Of a stretch of DNA of 64,000 nt, positions 56,859-64,000 are shown one piece after another (within the stretch, counting starts at the first letter, position 1; each line of letters begins with the position of its first letter). The notes below the pieces were generated by a model. It searched no databases and was not told the origin of the DNA. It saw only the letters and a program-made list of their open reading frames with translations. Source of the DNA: Candidatus Buchananbacteria bacterium (GTDB lineage Bacteria; Patescibacteriota; Patescibacteriia; Buchananbacterales; UBA6539). A program made the position numbers and the translations under genes. The stretch lies in contig JABWCG010000002.1 in the NCBI GenBank assembly GCA_013359225.1, forward strand, positions 49,470-113,469, in the 5' to 3' direction.

Positions 56859-57251
56859 TGGTGGAGATGAGGGGAATCGCACCCCTGTCTAGAAAGAAGA
56901 GATAAAGTAGGTTTACAAGTCTATTCAGCTTTTAATCTTGATCGAAGCGTCTAAAACTGACGAAACCGCGTTCGATCCAGCCTGGGTTGTTTTAACTGAT
57001 TAGTTAGGCAGCTAAGCAGTCTAGCCTAATGTATAGCACCAGGGTCCGGCTATTAGGCGTGGTCCGGTCTGATGGCTTTGGGTTTTAGGCCAAAGCTGGA
57101 GCTAAAGCCAAGGAGCTGAAAGCGCCTCGAACTTTAGCGACAAGTGATTTGGCACTTATCTTTGATGGCAGGTTGATATTTACGAGCTAAACCGTACCAA
57201 CGCTCGACTTGAGTACTTTAAACCAAAATTCTATCGATTTTAGTCATCCCC
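56859..57251 (-). ncRNA. ssrA: tmRNA (SsrA)
   Basis: 5' GGGGAUGACU... pairs with 3' ...CAUCUCC-A-CCA including the G3:U wobble; T-arm GGGG-UGCGAUU-CCCC; internal reading frame ending ...GCU UUA GCU CCA GCU UUG GCC UAA (tag ending ALAPALA*); immediately downstream of smpB. Confidence 0.75.
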
Positions 57252-57701
57252 CTAACGCCTGATTTTATTGCGGAGTTGGCGTTCAAGGTCGCGTTTTTTG
57301 ATATCTTCGCGCTTGTCTCGCTGCTTTTTCCCCTTTACAAGACCAATTTCAATCTTGATCAGACTTCCTTTAGTATATACAGAAATAGGCATAATTGTCA
57401 AGCCTTGTTCTTTACTTTTGCCGCGTAAATAATCAACCTCTTTTTTAGTCAAAAGGAGTTTGCGGCTTTGCGTCGGATCATAGCCAATTTGAGTCCGGCT
57501 GGCGAACTTGTAAGGGGAGATATGAGCATTTAACAGCCATACTTCGTTTTTGTGGTCAACCGTCACGTGGCTACCCTTTAAGTTAATTTGCCCGCCCTTA
57601 ACTGATTTTACTTCCGGCCCGGATAATACAATACCGGCCTCGAATTTTTCCAGGACCTGATACTCGTGCAATCCTTTTTTATTGACAGTAATGCTGGGCA
57701 T
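57252..57701 (-). CDS. smpB: SsrA-binding protein SmpB
   Basis: 149 aa starting GLHEYQVLEKFEAGIVLSGPEVKSVK with ISPYKF and basic C-terminal tail. Confidence 0.9.
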   Translation of the reverse strand: MPSITVNKKGLHEYQVLEKFEAGIVLSGPEVKSVKGGQINLKGSHVTVDHKNEVWLLNAHISPYKFASRTQIGYDPTQSRKLLLTKKEVDYLRGKSKEQGLTIMPISVYTKGSLIKIEIGLVKGKKQRDKREDIKKRDLERQLRNKIRR

Positions 57702-57786
57702 ATATATTAGCAGTATACCATGAAATGTAAATTGACACTCAGAGGTGAAATTTAGTATAATTTAAAAAATAAAGCAAGTAAAAACC

Positions 57787-58869
57787 ATGGAAAATAAAAA
57801 TTTAACAATCAATATTTCCACCGGAACAATTTTAAAAATCTTAGGAATTTTGTTGGTGTTTTTGTTTATCTATTTTATCCGGGACATTATTTTGCTTTTG
57901 TTTATCTCGGTTATTTTTGCGGCGCTGATTGAGCCACTGGTTAATTGGCTGGAACAAAAAAAAGTTCCGCGCGGACTTGGGGTTGGCTTGATTTATGTCA
58001 CGCTGTTATTATTTTTGTTTTTGACGGTGCGAATGTTGATCCCGCCGATTGTTGAACAAATCGGCCTGCTGACTCAGAATTTTCCCAGCCTGTGGTCGCG
58101 TTTAATGGAAAATTTTGAAAGTGTCCGGCAGTATTCACAGGACCAGGGTTTAACGGAAAATATTTTAAGCGGCTTGCAGGGACTGCAGACCACCTTGCGC
58201 CAGGCTGCGGGCAGCGCGTATGGTTTTATCGTGACGGTTTTTGAAAATATTGTTAACTTCGTGATGATTTTAGTCATCACCTTTTATTTAGTTGTGGAAA
58301 AAGATTCGGTCGCTAGGTTGTTTCGGGCCGTGGCGCCGGCAAAATACCATCAACACTTCAGCAGTTTATTTATTGCAATCCAGAAAAAGACAGGGGACTG
58401 GGCGCGCGGCCAGTTGATTCTTGGATTATTGATTGGCATTTTATCGTTTATCGGTTTGATCTTTTTGTTGCCCAAATACGCGTTGGTGCTGGCATTGGTG
58501 GCGGGCTTAACGGAGCTGGTTCCGTATATCGGGCCGATTATTGGCGCGGTGCCGGCAGTCTTTTTGGGTTTTACCGTGCCGCCGTTTTCTTTTGGCCGCG
58601 GTATGGCGGTTTTGATTTTGTATGTGGTAATTCAGCAGGTGGAGAATAATTTGTTGGTGCCGCAGGTGATGAAAAAATCAGTCGGCTTAAACCCGGTGGT
58701 GATTATTATTGTGATGTTGATTGGTGCGCGCCTGGCCGGCATTGTCGGATTGATTTTGGCAATTCCGGTGGCAACCGCGATTGGTATTATTGTGAAAGAT
58801 TTTGTTCAAAAATCGGAGTTGTCGGAAATCAAAGCCGGACTTGATCATGACGGTGGTATTTCCAACTAA
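57787..58869 (+). CDS. AI-2E (PerM/UPF0118) family transporter
   Basis: 360 aa, 8 TMs, conserved C-terminal region ELVPYIGPIIGAVPAV. Confidence 0.7.
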   Translation: MENKNLTINISTGTILKILGILLVFLFIYFIRDIILLLFISVIFAALIEPLVNWLEQKKVPRGLGVGLIYVTLLLFLFLTVRMLIPPIVEQIGLLTQNFPSLWSRLMENFESVRQYSQDQGLTENILSGLQGLQTTLRQAAGSAYGFIVTVFENIVNFVMILVITFYLVVEKDSVARLFRAVAPAKYHQHFSSLFIAIQKKTGDWARGQLILGLLIGILSFIGLIFLLPKYALVLALVAGLTELVPYIGPIIGAVPAVFLGFTVPPFSFGRGMAVLILYVVIQQVENNLLVPQVMKKSVGLNPVVIIIVMLIGARLAGIVGLILAIPVATAIGIIVKDFVQKSELSEIKAGLDHDGGISN

Positions 58870-58955
58870 TAGATAACGTTGTATACTATAGACGTATTAA
58901 TTTATTAACGTAGGGAAGAAAATTTTTTTTCCAACATCCTTTGAAGGAGGTAAAC

Positions 58956-59513
58956 ATGGCGTACCCAATGCCACCAAAAGTTTCTAAACCAGCCGACATG
59001 GCTTCATCACGGCCAGTTGGTTTAGTCGCCAGTCCAAAAACCGGCGGCGGTTCCTGGTTTAAGGGTTTTATCACTTTGATTATTGTCTTGGTAATTATCG
59101 GCGGCGGCGTGTATCTGATTGCCAGTTACACGGGCGTTGGCACCGGTTTGATTCCAGGAACTTCATATTTTCAAAATACATGGCAGGCGGTCTTTTTGAC
59201 CAATGGTCAGGTCTACTTTGGTAAGGTTAGTAAGATTGGATCCGACTCGGTGGTATTGCATGACATCTACTATTTGCAGGTTGTAACCCAGCCATTGCAG
59301 CGCAGCCAAGATGAGCCAGCCCCAACCGAAGAGGAACAGCAGCAGGGTCAGCAGCGTCTGACTTTAATTAAGCTGGGCAATGAATTGCACGGCCCCCGTG
59401 ATGAAATGATTATCAATCGCGATCATGTGATTTTAATGGAAGATCTTAAGGAAGATTCACGAGTGGTTCAGGCCATCAATGATTATATCGCTAATCAGGG
59501 CGAAAATAAATAA
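58956..59513 (+). CDS. hypothetical membrane-anchored protein
   Basis: AAGGAGG RBS before ATG 58956; single TM ITLIIVLVIIGGGVYLIA; followed by a hairpin terminator (59536-59564). Confidence 0.45.
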   Translation: MAYPMPPKVSKPADMASSRPVGLVASPKTGGGSWFKGFITLIIVLVIIGGGVYLIASYTGVGTGLIPGTSYFQNTWQAVFLTNGQVYFGKVSKIGSDSVVLHDIYYLQVVTQPLQRSQDEPAPTEEEQQQGQQRLTLIKLGNELHGPRDEMIINRDHVILMEDLKEDSRVVQAINDYIANQGENK

Positions 59514-59625
59514 ACGAAAACATAAAACAGCAGACAGTGGCTCGGTTCAACCGGGCCACTTTTGATTCTTGGTCGATTTTTTAGTATAATAATACTAACA
59601 TTTTGACTATTTTTTTGTTGTTGTC

Positions 59626-60360
59626 ATGAAAAATAAAATAAAAAAATTTTTCGCGTTTTCCTGTATTTTGGTTGTAGGCGTTTTAAGCGTTCCGGCAAAC
59701 ATTTTTGCCCGAACCGAGAGCACTAACTATATCATCTATGCTGATGTTTTTAGTTCTGGTGGTTTAGCAACGTCAAGTTCTGATCTGTATTCATTGTATG
59801 ACACGATTGGTGAGGCAATGATTTTATCGGCAACGTCTGCCTCAACTTTATATGGATTAAAGGCCGGGTTTCAGGAAATGTATCCTGACCAATATATCAC
59901 TTTGAGTATTGCCGATACCGCCATTGAGTTGGGGGCTTTGAGTTCAAGTTCGGCTAAAACTGACAGCAACACCATGGTGGTTGATACTAATGCCTCAAAC
60001 GGTTTTAGCGTCACGGTTTCCGGATCCACATTGACCAGCGGTGCTAATACTATTACAGCCATCGGTGGTACGGCCGCTGCATCGACAGTGGGAAGCGAAC
60101 AGTTTGGAATTAATCTGGTGGCTAACACTTCGCCGGCGATAGGTTTGGCACCGTCCGGTACGGCGCCAATTGGTTCGGCGGCAGGACAGTATGCCATTGC
60201 CAATAGTTTTGCTTTTGCCAGCGGTGACACCGTAGCCTCCTCGGGCTCGGCAATTAATCAGACGACTTTTACGGTTTCATACCTTGCTAACATTTCTGCT
60301 TCAACTGAATCGGGAACATATACTACCACCTTAACGTATTCGGCGACTGCTAATTTTTAA
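59626..60360 (+). CDS. secreted Ser/Thr/Ala/Gly-rich surface protein (fibre/adhesin-like)
   Basis: Signal peptide, 244 aa, low-complexity beta-rich composition, no Cys. Confidence 0.5.
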   Translation: MKNKIKKFFAFSCILVVGVLSVPANIFARTESTNYIIYADVFSSGGLATSSSDLYSLYDTIGEAMILSATSASTLYGLKAGFQEMYPDQYITLSIADTAIELGALSSSSAKTDSNTMVVDTNASNGFSVTVSGSTLTSGANTITAIGGTAAASTVGSEQFGINLVANTSPAIGLAPSGTAPIGSAAGQYAIANSFAFASGDTVASSGSAINQTTFTVSYLANISASTESGTYTTTLTYSATANF

Positions 60361-60369
60361 ATTTACCCA

Positions 60370-61341
60370 ATGAAGCGCTTTATTTTCATCTGTATTTTTG
60401 CCGTCGGTGTGCTGTTTTTTTCTCCGGCGGCATCAGCCACCACCATATTTTCGCCGATTATTGAACTTGAAGCCGCACCCGGCGAAACGGTTAATGGTTT
60501 GGTGAAGCTGTTTAACGAAACAGCTGAAAATGTGGTTTTATCGTCTGTGGTAGAAGCATTTACCAGCGGGGATGAAACCGGCCAGCCGGTATATTTGCCG
60601 CCGGAAGCGCAGTATGATTATTTGAATTGGTTTGCTGTTGAGCAAAAAGAAATTACTTTAACGCCGCGCCAAGTGGCGTTGGTGCCATTTACCGTTAAAG
60701 TACCGTTTGATGCGGTTCCGGGCGGCTACTATGCTGTGATTTTTTGGCAAACTTCTTTGGCCGGAGAAAACCAGGCACCAGTGGGGATTAATAGCCGGGT
60801 GGGTACGTTAGTTTTTCTAAAAATTTCCGGCGCCGTTACGGAAAGCGGGGAAGTATCTGATTTTGGATTGAAGCAGCCAGACACCTTTTTTGAATTACCG
60901 GTTGATTTTACGGTTCGCTTTACTAATTCCGGAAATATTCACTTGCGGCCGACCGGGACTGTTGAGGTGAAAAATATTTTCGGCCAAAAGCATTATTTGG
61001 AAATAAATCCGGAGCGAAGAAACGTGTTGCCTAATAGTACCCGGCTGTTTGAGGTGGTTTGGGGAAGTGTTGGCAATAACACCAATTTGGTATCGACATT
61101 TTTGACAAAATTAAGCCAGGAGTTTGATTTTTTGGCGATCGGTCCGCATACTGCCACGCTTGAATTGGAGTATGGCTCAACCTCGCCACAGCGTCTGACT
61201 GAAACAATATCTTTTTCGATTTGGCCTTGGCGTTTACTGCTAACCGGCGTGGTGCTTGTTGTAATCGTTGTCTTTTTAATCAGGCTGAATAATAAGATTA
61301 ACCGTTTAAAGAAAAAACTGACCAAGAAAATCAATGAATAG
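60370..61341 (+). CDS. secreted protein with C-terminal TM anchor and basic tail
   Basis: Signal peptide MKRFIFICIFAVGVLFFSPAASA, about 270-aa extracytoplasmic domain, C-terminal LLLTGVVLVVIVVFLI + RLNNKINRLKKKLTKKINE; stop overlaps the next gene's start. Confidence 0.5.
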   Translation: MKRFIFICIFAVGVLFFSPAASATTIFSPIIELEAAPGETVNGLVKLFNETAENVVLSSVVEAFTSGDETGQPVYLPPEAQYDYLNWFAVEQKEITLTPRQVALVPFTVKVPFDAVPGGYYAVIFWQTSLAGENQAPVGINSRVGTLVFLKISGAVTESGEVSDFGLKQPDTFFELPVDFTVRFTNSGNIHLRPTGTVEVKNIFGQKHYLEINPERRNVLPNSTRLFEVVWGSVGNNTNLVSTFLTKLSQEFDFLAIGPHTATLELEYGSTSPQRLTETISFSIWPWRLLLTGVVLVVIVVFLIRLNNKINRLKKKLTKKINE

Positions 61342-64000
61342 CAGCCAAGCTAAAAAGATTTTATTTGTAAGTTTTGCCTTGACGGTTGTTTTTGGTTTTA
61401 CTTTATTATCATTAATTTTTTTACCGGTCCGTGCGGCAAGCGTTAATATCAACGCTACGGTTTCCGGCACGAGCGTCTCCTGCGGTAATGGTGTTGCTGA
61501 GGCCGGCGAAGCGTGTGATGGCACAGATGATGCAGACAGTTGTTACAATGGCAGTTGTAACTCTGATTGTACGTGTCCTGTATGTGGTGATAACGCGATT
61601 GAAGCCGGCGAAGAGTGTGAGGCTGATTCTGATTGTGCCTCTGGTGAATTTTGCAATGACAGTTGCGGTTGTCAGGTTGTCGGTCCCAGCTGTATTCCGG
61701 TTGCAACCACCTGTAGTTATGGTGCTTGTGTTGCCGGAACCAAATCGGGCTTTTGCACTAATGGCTGTTCATCTTGGCCGGTTAGCCAGCCGTGCGTAGT
61801 GCCTGGTTGCGGCAATGGTGTTATTGAGGCCGGTGAAGAGTGTGATGACACAAACTTGGTTTCAGGCGACGGCTGTTCGGCTTCGTGTCAATTGGAGTTT
61901 GGTTGCGGCAATGCTTCGATTGATCCTGGTGAGCAGTGTGATGACGGTAATGTCGTTGGCGGTGATTGCTGTTCGGGCTCGTGTCAGAGTGAAATTTTAA
62001 TTACTGGCGTTTCGGTTTCAACAACCAATACGAGCGCTGCGGTTAGCTGGACGACGCCGTGTCAGTCAACCGGGTCATTGTTGGAGTGGGGCAAGACAGT
62101 TGCCGTCAGCGAGGGTTCAGCTAGTTTGTCCGGAGGAAACTATAGTCACGCCATCAACGGATTAACGCCAAATACTGTTTATTTTTACCGTATTACCGCC
62201 ACTAGCGGCTCGTTGCAAGCGGTGCATAACGGTTCTTTTTTGACGACTGGCGGGGTTGAAAATTGTACTAATGGTTTGGACGATGATAATGACGGTTTTT
62301 GTGATTATCCGGCCTCAAATTGTTCGGACAGCTCAACACCGGGCGATCCGGAATGCTCCTGTAGCCCTAATTTTATTTGTACGCCGCAGGCTTGCAATAA
62401 TACCACTGGTAAACAAACTGTTGATTGTGTTGACCAAACTGTTCCAAAGTGCGAAAGCGATTATAGCTATGAGCAGGATTGTGATGTGTGTCCGGGCGTT
62501 ACCTGCGGCCCGTGTCAGGATTTGGACGCCAACAGCTGTTCTTGTGTCGTGCGGCCAAATTGCTGTGGCAACGGCAACTGTGAGCCGCCAGGAGAAGACC
62601 CCTATAGTTGTGTAGTTGACTGTCCGGCTGATTGTCTGTCTGATTGGGAGTGTAGCGATTGGTCACCGGCGGTTTGTCCTACGACCGGAATTCAAACTCG
62701 CGATTGTTTTGATAAAAATGCCTGTCCAGTGCCGATTAATAAACCGGCCACCAGCCAAACTTGCGGCGGGGTCTGTGTTGGCTTAAGTTGCGGCACCTGT
62801 CAGGCGATTGATGCGGCAACGTGTACTTGCGTTGAGCAAGTCACCTGTTGTGGCAATGGCATTTGTGAAAGCGGTGAAAATCATGTTGCTTGCGCCCAGG
62901 ATTGTGTTGAGGCTTGTCAACCGAACTGGACCTGTAACGGCTGGGGAGCGTGTGCTAATGGTGTCCAGAGCCGTGAATGTTATGATTTGAATAATTGCAA
63001 TCTAAACCTTGATCGTCCGCCGGAGGTTAGGGCTTGCGGCGGTGATTGTGAAGTGGCCTGTTCGACTTGTCAGCAGATTGATTTGGGCAGTTGCAGCTGT
63101 TTAGCAACCACTCCTTGTTGTGGTAATAACAGTTGCGAAACTAATGAAACGGTTTGGTCGTGTCCTGTTGACTGTGGATTGCCGCCGGAATTTCGTTTGA
63201 CGCTTACTAAATGTCTTGACGGACTGGACAATGATGGCGACGGTCTGACTGATTATCCGGCCGATCCGGGGTGTACCAAGCCATCTGACAGCAGTGAACT
63301 TAATTTAACGGAAGTATTTAATAATGTTTCAGAAGTTATTTCCGACGTCGTCGTTGATCAGGTTTTAAATAACCCGGTTGTTGAGACGGCCAACGAGACA
63401 ATTGCGCCGGTATTAGTAACGGCGGTTGCGGTTAACACCTTTGCTACTTTTTCTTTCTTCAACTTTTTCTCGTACGTTCAGTTTTTTGTCACCCAACCGT
63501 TTGCAGTGTTGTTCCGTCGTAAGCGTCGCAAGTGGGGAGTTGTTTATAATTCATTAACCAAACAGCCCGTTGATTTGGCGATTGTCCGGTTATATCGAAA
63601 AGACAACGGTCAGCTGGTTCGTTCCCAGGTTACCGACAAAGATGGGCGATATAGTTTCTTGATTGATCCCGGAAAGTATTACATGACGGTCACTAAGCCG
63701 AAGTACGATTTCCCAACACAGCACTTGAAAGATGAAAAAGAAGATGTGCGCTACCTTGATTTGTATCACGGCGAAGACGTTGACGTCACCGAACAGCGAG
63801 CGGACATTACGGCCAATATTCCCATTGATCCGATTGTGGAAGAAAAGCCAGTGGCGCGGGTTATTTTGCAGTACTATTTACGCAAAGTCCAGTACATTGC
63901 CGCTTTTTCAGCCATACCATTGGCTGCAATTTCGATGATTATTAGTCCTGGAACGCTGACGTTTGTGATGTTTGGGTTTCATTGTTTGCTGTATGTGTTA
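61334..64000 (+). CDS. giant Cys-rich secreted/surface protein (Myxococcus-type cysteine-rich repeats, FN3-like segment, DxDxDG motifs, C-terminal TM helices); 3' end beyond the window
   Basis: Open frame from ATG 61334 to the window end (no stop, hence absent from the ORF track). Signal peptide; four CGNGxxExGExCD repeats; three C-x-x-C-Q-x-(L/I)-D...CCGNGxCE modules; DDDNDGFCDYPA / DNDGDGLTDYPADPGC motifs; hydrophobic helices near the window end. Confidence 0.65.
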   Translation, partial: MNSSQAKKILFVSFALTVVFGFTLLSLIFLPVRAASVNINATVSGTSVSCGNGVAEAGEACDGTDDADSCYNGSCNSDCTCPVCGDNAIEAGEECEADSDCASGEFCNDSCGCQVVGPSCIPVATTCSYGACVAGTKSGFCTNGCSSWPVSQPCVVPGCGNGVIEAGEECDDTNLVSGDGCSASCQLEFGCGNASIDPGEQCDDGNVVGGDCCSGSCQSEILITGVSVSTTNTSAAVSWTTPCQSTGSLLEWGKTVAVSEGSASLSGGNYSHAINGLTPNTVYFYRITATSGSLQAVHNGSFLTTGGVENCTNGLDDDNDGFCDYPASNCSDSSTPGDPECSCSPNFICTPQACNNTTGKQTVDCVDQTVPKCESDYSYEQDCDVCPGVTCGPCQDLDANSCSCVVRPNCCGNGNCEPPGEDPYSCVVDCPADCLSDWECSDWSPAVCPTTGIQTRDCFDKNACPVPINKPATSQTCGGVCVGLSCGTCQAIDAATCTCVEQVTCCGNGICESGENHVACAQDCVEACQPNWTCNGWGACANGVQSRECYDLNNCNLNLDRPPEVRACGGDCEVACSTCQQIDLGSCSCLATTPCCGNNSCETNETVWSCPVDCGLPPEFRLTLTKCLDGLDNDGDGLTDYPADPGCTKPSDSSELNLTEVFNNVSEVISDVVVDQVLNNPVVETANETIAPVLVTAVAVNTFATFSFFNFFSYVQFFVTQPFAVLFRRKRRKWGVVYNSLTKQPVDLAIVRLYRKDNGQLVRSQVTDKDGRYSFLIDPGKYYMTVTKPKYDFPTQHLKDEKEDVRYLDLYHGEDVDVTEQRADITANIPIDPIVEEKPVARVILQYYLRKVQYIAAFSAIPLAAISMIISPGTLTFVMFGFHCLLYVL
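61481..61990 (+). repeat. tandem coding repeats (Myxococcus cysteine-rich repeat type) inside the giant surface-protein gene
   Basis: Four copies of about 40-45 codons sharing tgcggcaatggtgtt...gaggccggtgaagagtgtgatgac at the DNA level. Confidence 0.5.

Noticed and set aside
61431-62615. Several 60-120-aa ORFs on both strands (61431-61799 +, 61455-61706 -, 62256-62615 + and others)
   Set aside because: These are alternative frames of the long Cys-rich surface-protein gene that runs 61334 to beyond 64000. The real frame is continuous and rich in conserved Cys repeats.
1-64000. CRISPR arrays or rRNA genes
   Set aside because: No short direct repeats with regular spacers, and no rRNA-like conserved stretches, were seen anywhere in the window.

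Overview
The window is a low-GC bacterial chromosome segment, gene-dense, with many small membrane or secreted hypotheticals. Its gene content is consistent with a small-genome bacterium, possibly CPR/Patescibacteria, but that cannot be verified from sequence alone. All calls below come from reading translated ORFs and motifs by eye; no searches were run. Housekeeping genes recognised from motifs: the PNPase 3' end, dksA-lspA, comM/yifB, rmuC, groES-groEL behind a perfect CIRCE operator, pyk, ppsA, lgt, class I ribonucleotide reductase nrdA-nrdB, infC-rpmI-rplT, tmRNA (ssrA) next to smpB, and an arsR-thioredoxin-permease operon. The most notable structure is an island of about 8.2 kb (roughly 47.4-55.6 kb) integrated at the 3' end of a tRNA-Asp(GUC) gene. 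It carries a large serine recombinase and, as cargo, a translationally coupled three-gene cassette: an unrecognised 391-aa protein, a NurA-like nuclease and a HerA-like (DUF87) ATPase. It also carries a secreted thermonuclease and a terS-like HTH protein. This is a candidate uncharacterised defence or DNA-processing system. A second anomaly is a 3-gene cassette at 21.6-24.3 kb with G+C visibly higher than its surroundings. It encodes membrane-associated proteins of unknown function, one with a Gly/Gln-rich tail, and sits next to a TrbC/VirB2-like pilin candidate. Other observations: a promoter-to-terminator structured leader or sRNA upstream of dksA with mutually exclusive hairpins; a small high-GC ORF with its own terminator; a second high-GC two-gene block (IT-superfamily transporter plus AllA-like cupin); and a surface-protein cluster ending in a giant cysteine-rich protein (Myxococcus-type Cys-rich repeats) that runs off the window. 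That giant ORF is absent from the ORF track only because it has no stop codon inside the window. No CRISPR array or rRNA gene was seen.
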